64,000 nucleotides of DNA from Alphaproteobacteria bacterium (GTDB lineage Bacteria > Pseudomonadota > Alphaproteobacteria > Bin95): contig OZ219785.1 of NCBI GenBank assembly GCA_964291285.2, forward strand, positions 64,001 to 128,000, in the 5' to 3' direction. The position numbers and the translations under genes were made by a program. Numbering within the stretch: the first letter of the stretch is position 1; each line of letters begins with the position of its first letter. Below, one piece after another: positions 1 through 8,744 of this stretch. Below the pieces are notes generated by a model, which had not been told where the DNA came from, made no database searches, and was given only the letters and a program-made list of their open reading frames with translations.

Positions 1-464
1 AGTGCAGGCCGGGCGAAATTCGCCGCCTGCGCTGGTGTCAAGTCAAGCCCGACCGCTTGACCCTGATTGACGCGAAGACGGGACCGAGGCACGTTTTGCT
101 CGGCGAGTCGGCACGGGAACTGCTGGACGGCCTTGCCGAATCAGCGTCCGGGGAGTGAGTGTTTCCGACAAGTAGGCGAGACGGGCGATTGGGCAAGAAC
201 GAATTCCACTACTTCTGGACCGCGACACGCGACGCGGCCGAGAACGTGGCGGATGCGCGGCTGCATGACCTCCGCCATGCGCACGCCTCGCACGCGGTCA
301 TGAACGGGAAAAGCCTGCAGGTCGCAGGTCGTCTGTTCGGACATCGCCGAGCGTCCACGACGAACCGCTATGTCCATCTCGATGACGCGATCCCGGGCCA
401 AGGTTCCGAGCGGGTTGCAGCGGTGATCGAACAGAAACTACGCCGAACGGAGCCGTTCGGATGA
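1..464 (+). pseudogene. Tyrosine recombinase/integrase, C-terminal part, with an in-frame nonsense codon
   Basis: Frame from nt 3 reads CRPGEIRRLRW...DAKTGPR...SGE*VFP (TGA at 156-158 where Trp is expected), then LHDLRHAHAS...LFGH...TTNRYVH, the catalytic H-x-x-R, H and Y motifs. Confidence 0.85.
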
Positions 465-1369
465 GCAAGAATCCCTCGGGAGCTGACGTTGCCCGCTGTC
501 GCGCCGAGATGGCGAGTTTGCTTGCGGAGACGCTCGAGAAGACGCGTAGGCTCGAGGGGAGGCTGGATGTTTCCGGTGGTTGGCGCGAGGCCACGGCGAA
601 AGTCGACATCAGCGCAGATCCAGCCGCAACGCTTCGGATCGAAGGCGCGCTTATGCTCCGCAAGGCGCGGATACACACGGTCGCTGTCCTCCGAGCCAAC
701 GAGACCAGCAACCTGCATTCGCTCGCAGTGCAGATGAGGCCGGTTCTTGAGTGTGCCGGACAGGTCGTGTTCAAATTTCAAACCGCAATCATTGCGCCGA
801 ACGTGCTGATGTCACCGGAAAGTGCCGTCGAACAGTTGGGGAAGCGACTGAATGCGGACTTTTATCAAACGTTGCGCAACCGAACGAGAGGCCAAGTCAG
901 TCGAAAAGAGCTGCTCGAAATCGCGACGCAGGCGCGATCCGACGCCGCAGCGTCAGTTGGGGCCGCAACGCCGAAAAGGCAGAAATCGTGGAGCCTGAGG
1001 CATACGGACAAGGTGTCTATCCTTCCGAAAGGCCACGCGTGGCACAACTACCTGAGCAATCACTTTACCCACGGCAACCTGTCGGATTGGAAGGGGCTGT
1101 CGTGGCGTGGTGGAGTTATTTCGATCGACAGGGTGGAGGACCAGTTCGCGTTTCTGGGTTTGATGTCCTATCTCACGGACCAGGTGGCTCTCATGAACGC
1201 TGCTGCCGCTCTGTGCCCGGTTGCAGGCGACGCGGACGATCAATGGGACCGGTGGGTAGAACCCACGTTGGCGCAACTGCGCGAAGTGCGGCAGTCGTCG
1301 AAGAGTCTCGTCGACGCCGCCAGGGTGGCCATGACCGGAGAACTAGATGGAAGCGCTGGACTCAATTGA
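461..1369 (+). CDS. Hypothetical protein, possibly DUF5677/HEPN-like
   Basis: 302-aa ORF overlapping the integrase stop; motifs MRPVLE and HNYLSNHFTHG resemble the R-x-x-x-E ... Y-x-x-LS-x-x-x-H pattern. Confidence 0.55.
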   Translation: MSKNPSGADVARCRAEMASLLAETLEKTRRLEGRLDVSGGWREATAKVDISADPAATLRIEGALMLRKARIHTVAVLRANETSNLHSLAVQMRPVLECAGQVVFKFQTAIIAPNVLMSPESAVEQLGKRLNADFYQTLRNRTRGQVSRKELLEIATQARSDAAASVGAATPKRQKSWSLRHTDKVSILPKGHAWHNYLSNHFTHGNLSDWKGLSWRGGVISIDRVEDQFAFLGLMSYLTDQVALMNAAAALCPVAGDADDQWDRWVEPTLAQLREVRQSSKSLVDAARVAMTGELDGSAGLN

Positions 1370-1910
1370 GGAACTGCGCGCGCTGTGTGAACAGGATCGC
1401 GATGTGCTTCGTGACCTCGCCCGAATCCATATCGACATCGACGCGCCGAATCGGAGGGTCAAGCCGAACGAGCCAGATTGGGTCTTCCGCCTTCGCAAAC
1501 TATGCCTCCATGTGGTGGCGATGGCCGAATGCGAAGTCAGCTGCGATGACCTGCATGTAATGACGACAGAATTGCGGGCAGCGTACGAGCAGATGGACGC
1601 GGTGTGGAAGTGTCTGCCCGAGGAGTTCCGGTTCAATGATGACAGGGACTGGTGGTCCCACGAGGCAGACGACGGGCTGGCGGCATACAACCATCCCACG
1701 CCGGTCAGTTTGGCTTTTCCATTGGCGAAGGGCGGTTTCAGCGATGCAGAGGCATCAGAGAGTTATCTGCGGCTCGCCGTGTGGATAGGCCGCCTGGGAT
1801 GTGGATACGGAATGGCGCTCGCGCATCTGGCACAAATGCTGGGCACCGAAGGCGACATCGAGTCTCGTCTGGTATCCGTGCTACCCGACATCGACAGGGC
1901 CGGCCGGTGA
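1347..1910 (+). CDS. Hypothetical protein
   Basis: 187-aa ORF overlapping the upstream gene, helical composition, AAYNHPTP motif. Confidence 0.55.
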   Translation: MEALDSIEELRALCEQDRDVLRDLARIHIDIDAPNRRVKPNEPDWVFRLRKLCLHVVAMAECEVSCDDLHVMTTELRAAYEQMDAVWKCLPEEFRFNDDRDWWSHEADDGLAAYNHPTPVSLAFPLAKGGFSDAEASESYLRLAVWIGRLGCGYGMALAHLAQMLGTEGDIESRLVSVLPDIDRAGR

Positions 1911-2006
1911 CCCCGGTATTGATCGATCCACCAATCGGTTGCGCCCGTGTGGTCTCGACGCAGCAGGTCGGCCTGCCGTCCGTCCCGTTGAACTATTGAA
2001 ATCATC

Positions 2007-2155
2007 ATGGCGCTGATTCCACCAAGATACCTGAACGCGGTCGTTTCTTTGAAAACAACTGGCCAGTCCTTCCAACACGTCGGTACGGGGTTCCTGTACG
2101 CCCAACCCCCACCCGAAGGGCAGGGCCACACACCGTATCGGGGATACTTGGTTAA
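2007..2155 (+). pseudogene. N-terminal fragment of a trypsin-like serine protease
   Basis: MALIPPRYLNAVVSL...VGTGFLY...GYLV breaks just before the expected TNxHV motif, where IS110-like sequence begins. Confidence 0.5.
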
Positions 2156-2450
2156 GAGCGAGCAGCGACAGGCGATCAAGGCGCTGCACCGGATGCGTCA
2201 GCAGTTTGTGAAGTTTGGTACCGCTCAGATCAACGGTCTGCGCGGCCCTCTGATCGAATACGGGGAAGTCATGCCGAAGGGTCGGGCCGGAATTAGCCGC
2301 ACGATCGCTCCTGCCCTGGAACGGGTCGCCGAGCGGCTGCCGGCGATAGTGATCGACACGCTTCGCGAGCAGCGGGCGCGGGTAGGCCAACCCGGCCGGG
2401 AGATCGGCGAGATCGAGCGGCGGATCGGCGCGTGGCACCGTCGCGCCGAG
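2150..2450 (+). pseudogene. IS110-family transposase internal fragment
   Basis: VKSEQRQAIKALHRMRQQFVKFGTAQINGLRGPLIEYG matches the IS110 central coiled-coil region. Confidence 0.65.
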
Positions 2451-2540
2451 GCCCTCGAAGACCACAAGGCATTGCTGCTCAGTCATCTCGACGAAGAGCA
2501 CATGATATACGACCATGAGTTCTGCCAAGCCTTGCTCCTA

Positions 2541-3415
2541 GGCCCTGTGGACGTATTGACTCAGGAGCGTGTTCAGGGATTCCCGTGCGAGGATTTGTCT
2601 GAATCATGAGGCGTCGGCGATTCGGGGGTTTCGTTGATGTCGACGAAGATGACGAATGGAGACTGGGAGGTTGCGCTGGAGGTTTTCCGGCTTTGCCTTC
2701 CGAGGCGGGGTGCGAAGGCGAAGGACGACCGTCTGTTTCTGGAGGCGCTGCACTTCTTTGCGGTTCACAACATCACCTGGCGGGCGCTGCCGGAGCGGTT
2801 CGGGCACTGGAATACGGTATGGCGGCGTTTTCACCGTCTGAGCCGTTCAGGGGTGTTCGAGGACTTTTTCGCCACGCTGGCGGATTTGAGCAGCACGGCG
2901 CACCTGGTTCAGATGTTCGATTCGACCGTGACCCGCGCGCATGTATCGGCGGCCGGCGCAAAAGGGGGCAGCAGGGTCAGGCGCTTGGACGCTCGCGGGG
3001 CGGTTTCAGCACCAAAATCCACCTGAAGACCGATTTCGACGGCCTGCCGATCGCCTTCGACCTGACCGGCGGCGAGGCAGCCGACAGTCCGCATTTCGAG
3101 ACCCTGATGGACATCGGCCCCGATGTCCGGCCCCGCGCCATCGTCGCCGACAAGGGCTATGACAGCGCCGGAAACCGCCAACTCGCCCGGAAAAGAGGCG
3201 CCCTGACCGTCATTCCCTACCGGAAGAACATCAAAAACAGGCCAAAGCGCTTCGCAAGCGCGCTCTACAGAGGACGGGCGCGCATCGAACAGGCCGTCGG
3301 CAAGCTCAAACGCTTCAAACGCATCGCCCTGCGCTGCGAAAAGACCGCCACAAACTTCAGCTCCTTCGTCGCACTCGCCGCTGCCTTCATCTTGATCAAA
3401 TCCGTCCACAGGACC
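2541..3415 (+). mobile_element. IS5-family insertion sequence, copy 1 (875 bp)
   Basis: Terminal IRs GGCCCTGTGGACG / CGTCCACAGGACC, flanking TA duplication in CTAG context; near-identical to 31076-31950. Confidence 0.9.
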
Positions 3416-3418
3416 TAG
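2634..3418 (+). CDS. IS5-family transposase split over two frames (probable programmed frameshift)
   Basis: ORF A (WRALPERFGHWNTVWRRF) and ORF B (GRSRGGFSTKIH, ADKGYD, RARIEQ...KLKRFKRIALR) overlap at GCAAAAGGGGG near 2959-2968. Confidence 0.85.
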
Positions 3419-3706
3419 GCAAGTCGTATTAGCGGCCAATACACCTGGAATGAATTTGATGTTGAAGGCCAAACAGTTCGATTACGGTACGGCCTTAGCG
3501 CATCGGGGATATAACAGGGGATATTTTCGTTCATGGCGGGGTTGGCGCTTTAACTGGCTCGGCATAAGGACGCTGGAAAACGAATTTCTATCCAATGCCA
3601 ACAATTTATGTCATTACACCCATCACGTCTTTCAATTGCACCGAATAGAGCAGATTAAATTAGATCTGGATTATTCATCGATCGCCTTCGTGGATGGAAG
3701 CTCCTC

Positions 3707-4522
3707 ATGAATGATAATTTGATAGGTTCTGCTCGGCCAAAATTCAGCCAGCATAAATGGAAAACCGAGAAGAACATTATTCTTCGGTTCCTTGCGCGAC
3801 CAGACCATTGCGCATCCGTGTTCTTCTATCTGTTTCACAATGTGGCGTTATTCAGAGCATTTGTTGAAGTAATTGCAATAGCGGCTCTGATTGCGACTGC
3901 GATCGGTGTTTTCCTAGAATTCGAGGAAAGAAGTAGGGATCGAGCCGTGCGTCGCGCGATGCTTTTGGTCGAGATTAGCCAATTGCGTTCTCTCTCGATA
4001 GAAAAACGCGCGGCGCCTCTTCATGCTATTATTGAAGCCCTTTTGAAAAATGATCGAGATTTGCGCAATATTGACCTCAGTGACATGATTTTGAGTGGTC
4101 TGGATTTCAGTGAAGCGAGTATGAGTGGCGCGAGCTTCTATAAAGCTCAACTTTTGGGTGGTAAATTTGATAAAGCAGACCTTCGCGGGGCGCAGTTCGG
4201 CAACGTTAGAATTGACGGAACAAGTTTTCGCAATTCAAACCTTCGCGGCGCGACCTTCGGTTATGCCATCAATATAAAGCGTGCGGATTTCAGTGATGCT
4301 GATCTAACTTCCGTTATATTTAGTTACACCACCATTGACGATACTATAGTTTTCCGTGACGCACAGCTAAGAGATTCTTACTTCGTCGGTACGACTCTAA
4401 GTCACGCAGATCTGAGTACAGCGCAAGGGTTGAGCACGGAGCAACTTAGCGCCGCTTGTGCTAATCCAAATGCACCTCCGAAACTACCCGAGTCTGTGCG
4501 TTGGAAGGGTAAAGACTGTTAG
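3707..4522 (+). CDS. Pentapeptide-repeat protein with N-terminal membrane segment
   Basis: Tandem pentapeptides (ADLRG AQFGN, SNLRG ATFGY, ADFSD ADLTS); hydrophobic segment; markedly AT-richer than host. Confidence 0.85.
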   Translation: MNDNLIGSARPKFSQHKWKTEKNIILRFLARPDHCASVFFYLFHNVALFRAFVEVIAIAALIATAIGVFLEFEERSRDRAVRRAMLLVEISQLRSLSIEKRAAPLHAIIEALLKNDRDLRNIDLSDMILSGLDFSEASMSGASFYKAQLLGGKFDKADLRGAQFGNVRIDGTSFRNSNLRGATFGYAINIKRADFSDADLTSVIFSYTTIDDTIVFRDAQLRDSYFVGTTLSHADLSTAQGLSTEQLSAACANPNAPPKLPESVRWKGKDC

Positions 4523-4579
4523 CCCAACTTGTTCCCAGCAGTACAACTGTGTGGCCTGATTTTTGTGCGGGGAGGGTTG

Positions 4580-4775
4580 TCTTCGACAGTGCGCCGGTCT
4601 GGCATGGCCCAGAGCGTCGGCTGAGTGCGGTGGACCGCCCCAGATTTCGAACTACTCGCCCGATTACAGCACCAGCACTTGAGCCAGCGGCGAGAGATAG
4701 ATGACAGTAATGTCGCGGCTCTTGTCCACAAAAGGCGGATCGTCCGAGAACTTGAAGGTCTCCGCACGAGGGCGC
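4580..4775 (-). pseudogene. Degenerate IS630 transposase fragment
   Basis: Minus strand gives ETFKFSDDPPFVDKSRDI..YLSP...VLVL*...RTQP, the conserved IS630 FKLSxDPxFxxK...RTQP block, with stops. Confidence 0.6.
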
Positions 4776-4904
4776 CGCACGCTGAAGAGTATCCCTCCGC
4801 GGTGGACCCCCTATGGCACTTCTCCGGGATCGGGGAGGGTCAGTGCTCGGAGATGAGCGCGCCGTAAGTGTCCAAGGGGACTATGCAGATGTCGGACGCA
4901 GCCT

Positions 4905-5062
4905 AGCGTGCGGGTTACCACGTGTTCTTCATCAGAACCACCGATCTGGTGCAGCGCATACAGGTCGCGCGCCGCGAGCTCGCCTTGGAAACACTGCTGG
5001 CCCGGCTCGACTGCTACCATCTCCCGATCCTCGACGATATCGCCTATATCCAGAAGGACTAG
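4905..5062 (+). pseudogene. istB: IS21 IstB ATPase fragment
   Basis: GYHVFFIRTTDLVQRIQVARRELALETLLARLDCYHLPILDDIAYIQKD* (Walker B region). Confidence 0.7.
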
Positions 5063-5064
5063 CA

Positions 5065-5372
5065 AGGACGAGACGCTCCTGGCTGTTCACCGGCTCCGAC
5101 CGCGGCGGCCTGCGCGCGGCCGCCATGTACACCATGATCGGCACCACCAAGCTCAACGATGTCGATTCCTAGGCTTGGCTCGCCGACGTACTCGCCCGCA
5201 TCGCCGGGACGCCGCAGAGCCGGCTCGACGAACTTTTACCGTGGAACTGGCGGAACAACCGGTAGCTCGCTCAGGACGCATAGTTCGCAACCGCCGCTTC
5301 GTGCTACATCACTGGCATAACCGGCCCAAGTTCACAGCAACACACCCTGCGGCCCTCGCCGGACGCATTCGA
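5065..5372 (+). pseudogene. IS66 TnpC C-terminal fragment with degenerate right end
   Basis: RRSWLFTGSDRGGLRAAAMYTMIGTTKLNDVDS*AWLADVLARIA...LLPWNW; ends in GCGGCCCTCGCCGGACGCATTC, resembling an IS66 IRR. Confidence 0.75.
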
Positions 5373-5373
5373 T

Positions 5374-5766
5374 TCAGCCGACGAGGCCCGGGCGCAGCCT
5401 GTCCTGCAGGGCACGCGCTTCAGCGACCAGCGCGTCGACCTCGTCTTCGCGCCCTTCGCGGACCATCGCGTCGCGTTTCTCGGTCGCCAGGAACCAAGTG
5501 TAGCGGAACATCCGCTCGATCAGGGGCGCCAGCGACGGCGCCAGCGCGCCGGCAGCCATGCTTTCGGGGCTCCGTGCAAACGCCAAAATTGTCTCGCGGA
5601 CAAACTCGGCAGGGGGCGTCTCGTGCAACAGGGCGGCACGTCTGACCTCCTCCCACTCGGAATCCGAGAAGCGGATGGTCCTGTTCCTTCGCGCATCCTC
5701 CGGCCGATCGGCTGCCGCCCCGCTTTCTGGCGCGTCCTTTCCCCTGCCGTTTCCTTCACAATCCAA
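5374..5766 (-). CDS. Ribbon-helix-helix protein, putative relaxosome accessory (MobC/NikA-like)
   Basis: RNRTIRFSDSEWEEVRRAA...PAEFVRETIL RHH pattern; overlaps the relaxase stop. Confidence 0.55.
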   Translation of the reverse strand: MDCEGNGRGKDAPESGAAADRPEDARRNRTIRFSDSEWEEVRRAALLHETPPAEFVRETILAFARSPESMAAGALAPSLAPLIERMFRYTWFLATEKRDAMVREGREDEVDALVAEARALQDRLRPGLVG

Positions 5767-8743
5767 GGTCCATGCCTCCCTTGCCGCGGTCGCGCACCGG
5801 CGGTTCCGGCGCCCTCGCCGGCGTCTTCGTGCTTTCGCGCGCCTTCCCGGCGCCCTCGTGGGGGCCCCGTTCCGGCCGCATCGAACGGTCCGGCGCGGCC
5901 TCGGCCGCCCTGTCCGGCGCCTCGCGCTTCATTTCGCCGATGCCTTCGAGCGCCGCGATGCGCTCGCCGGTGGCCTCCTGGAGCCGGGCGCGAAGCTGGG
6001 CCGCGTCGTCGGTGACCAACTCGGCCCGGTCGCGGGCGCGGCTGATCTCGACATAGAAGCTCTTCTGCGTGGTGAGATGCGGATGCCGCGCTTCCATGGC
6101 GGCGATCACATTGTCCACCGTGCGGCCCTGGAAGGCATGCACGGTGGACGCCCAGGCATGATCGAGATGACGCAGCTGCGGGTCGCCCCTGGCAAGTTCG
6201 AGCGTCTTGCCGTCCTCCAGGCGGAACGTCACCCGGCCGCTGGCCACATTGAGCACTTCCGCCGGGCGGCTGTTGACAAGGCCGAGGCCGGCGTCGTTGC
6301 GCGTCCAGCGGATGCGGTCGCCGGCGCGCAACTCGATGTCCTCGACCTTGTAGACCTCGCTGCCGCCGCGCCGGCCGCCGATCTCCTCCGGCTTCCAGGC
6401 GACGGAGCCGCCCTCGCCGTCCGCGAGCAACACCGCGCCGGCCTCGCGGTCGACGCCCGTGACGCGCCGTTCGTCGCCCTTCTCGACGCCGATGCGGAGG
6501 TAGGGGCGGTGGAACGCCACCACGTCGCCCGGCTCATAGTTGTCCGCCAGCGCCTTCTCGGCATTGGTGTAGCCCTTCGAGACCAGCCGTTCCGACCCCA
6601 TGGCGCGGCCGTGGAGCCGGCCCTCGCGGTCGAGGCGCTGGCGGATATGGCCGTTGATCGCCTGGCGCAGCTCGTGCGAGGGCGCCATGACGCCGGTGTT
6701 CTCCCGGGCTTCCGCGTCGAGCCGGAGCCATCTTGCGGCCACCGCGCCGGCGATATTGTCCGGTTTGACCTCGGCGATGTTGGCGCCGAGCTTCGCAAAG
6801 GCGCGGACGACGTCGCCCCGGAGGCTCGCCTCGACGGCTTCCTTCAGTGCCGGATCTCGCTGACGCATGATCTCGTCCATGGTCGCGGCCTGCATGCCGG
6901 CGGCCTGGAGCTGGGCGAAGGGCTTACCGGCGTCCACCGCGTCGAGCTGCCTGGCGTCGCCCACCAGCACCACGCGGGGCAGGCGCAGTTCGGCCGCGAT
7001 GCGCAGCAGGTCGCGGGTCTGCACGGTGGAGGCGAGCGAGCCCTCGTCGACCACCAGGATGGTCTTCGCGAAGGCGGCGCGCATCTCCTTCGCGCCCTTG
7101 CTTGTGAGCCTGCCCTCGGCCACGCCGGCATTGCGGGCGAGGAACATCTGGAGGGTTTCGGTGGGAATGCCGGCTTCCGAAGCCAGGGTCTGCGCCGCCG
7201 AGGCCGAGGGCGCGAGGCCCGCCATGCGCCAGCCCTTCTTCTCCACCAGCGTCCTTGCCCGGTTCAGCATCGTTGTTTTCCCCGTTCCGGCGTAGCCCTG
7301 GACGCCCACCACCCGGTCCTTCGCCGACAGGATCAGCTTCACCGCATCCTTCTGCCCGGCCGTGAGCGGCCCCTTGTTGAGGTGTCCCTGCACCTGCCAG
7401 CCCCGCATGAGAGCCCGGCCGCGCGCCTGGCCGCCCCGCATCAGCGCCACCGTCTCGCGCTCCTCGCCGGCGGTCTTCTCCGTCGCAAGCGAGTCCTCGG
7501 CGCCCGGCATGTCGACGGAGTGCAGCGCTCCGGCCTTCTCCAGCGCCGCGACTTCCCGCTCGGCGTCCTCGATCGCGACCGCGCCCGGCGCATGGGCGAG
7601 TGCGGCCGCGAACAGGTCGGCGCGGGAGAACACCGCCGCGCGCTCGGAGAGGTGCGCCATCGCCCAGGCGACCGCCTCCGCTGCGGGCGAGGGCGGCGGT
7701 TCCGGCGCGGCCTCCGGCCCATGCCCGCCAGGGCCGGACAGGCTCTCCGCGCGATCCGGCGACCGCTCGGCGTGCCGGTTGCCGCCGGCGGGCGCCGGCC
7801 GCATCTCCGGGCCGGCGGCCCGTTCCATCGCGTCGGCTGCGAGTGCCGGAGCATTGAGGCCGATATCGGCGGCCTGGTGCTGCCACACGTCCCCGAGCTC
7901 GTCGCGGTCGATGTCGCGCTTGGCGGCGCGCGTCATCAGCGCGGCGCGCTCCGCGATACGCGGATTGTCGGAGGAAGCGCCGAGCCCGCGCGCTTCCATC
8001 GCCGCCTCGATCTCGGCGCGGCGGCTCGAGAACGCCTCGATCGCCTCCCTGGCAACCCCCGCGATCTCGAAGCGCCCGTCGGCATGGGTCTTCTCGACGG
8101 CGTAGCCGAGCTTCCCGAGACCCGCGGCAAGCTCGTTGCGGTAGAGCATGCCGATCAGCTTCTGCTGCGCATAGAGCCCCTCGTTGGCCATCGAGCGCCA
8201 CTTGCCGTCCTCCCCCTGGACCATGTTGGCGAGCACGGCATGTGTGTGAAGCTGCGGGTCGAGATTGCGCGAGGTGTCGTGCCGGAAGGTGGTGGCGACG
8301 ATCTTCTGGTTGCCGACCCGCCCCATCTTTCCCGTCTCCGGGTCCTTCATCCTGGTTTCCGAGGCGTTCTTCTCGACCCAGGCGAGCACCGCCGCCACGG
8401 CGCGGTCGTGGGCCTCGACGATGCGCCGGTCGCCGCCGACCAGCGCGGCGATGGAGACCGACTTGGGCGCCGAGAAGGTAAGGTCGCGGCCCGGACGGTG
8501 CTCGATGCTCCCGTCCTTGCCCCGGCGGCCCAGCCGCGTGTCCGAGCCGTCGGGCACGCGGCCTTCCAGGACCTGCCGGAAGGTGGCGGCGTCGACCGGG
8601 CCCTTCAGGCCGAGCTCTTCGGCGCCCTTTCCGGCCCAGGCACTGGCGTCGCGATGCTCGGGGTCGTCCTTCGCGTAGTAGCCGTCGCGCTCGTAATAGC
8701 TCGCCCCTTGGGCGGCCGAAGAAAGCGCGCCGATCGAGAGCAT
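5756..8743 (-). CDS. traI: MOBF conjugative relaxase-helicase (TrwC/TraI)
   Basis: MLSI...YYERDGYY, DLTFSAPKSVS, HDTSRNLDPQLHTH (HUH), helicase motifs GYAGTGKT, VVDEGS, TVHAFQGRT. Confidence 0.95.
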   Translation of the reverse strand: MLSIGALSSAAQGASYYERDGYYAKDDPEHRDASAWAGKGAEELGLKGPVDAATFRQVLEGRVPDGSDTRLGRRGKDGSIEHRPGRDLTFSAPKSVSIAALVGGDRRIVEAHDRAVAAVLAWVEKNASETRMKDPETGKMGRVGNQKIVATTFRHDTSRNLDPQLHTHAVLANMVQGEDGKWRSMANEGLYAQQKLIGMLYRNELAAGLGKLGYAVEKTHADGRFEIAGVAREAIEAFSSRRAEIEAAMEARGLGASSDNPRIAERAALMTRAAKRDIDRDELGDVWQHQAADIGLNAPALAADAMERAAGPEMRPAPAGGNRHAERSPDRAESLSGPGGHGPEAAPEPPPSPAAEAVAWAMAHLSERAAVFSRADLFAAALAHAPGAVAIEDAEREVAALEKAGALHSVDMPGAEDSLATEKTAGEERETVALMRGGQARGRALMRGWQVQGHLNKGPLTAGQKDAVKLILSAKDRVVGVQGYAGTGKTTMLNRARTLVEKKGWRMAGLAPSASAAQTLASEAGIPTETLQMFLARNAGVAEGRLTSKGAKEMRAAFAKTILVVDEGSLASTVQTRDLLRIAAELRLPRVVLVGDARQLDAVDAGKPFAQLQAAGMQAATMDEIMRQRDPALKEAVEASLRGDVVRAFAKLGANIAEVKPDNIAGAVAARWLRLDAEARENTGVMAPSHELRQAINGHIRQRLDREGRLHGRAMGSERLVSKGYTNAEKALADNYEPGDVVAFHRPYLRIGVEKGDERRVTGVDREAGAVLLADGEGGSVAWKPEEIGGRRGGSEVYKVEDIELRAGDRIRWTRNDAGLGLVNSRPAEVLNVASGRVTFRLEDGKTLELARGDPQLRHLDHAWASTVHAFQGRTVDNVIAAMEARHPHLTTQKSFYVEISRARDRAELVTDDAAQLRARLQEATGERIAALEGIGEMKREAPDRAAEAAPDRSMRPERGPHEGAGKARESTKTPARAPEPPVRDRGKGGMDLGL

Positions 8744-8744
8744 G

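Noticed and set aside
5280-5372. oriT downstream of the relaxase/RHH genes
   Set aside because: No recognisable nic site; the sequence is explained by an IS66 right end.
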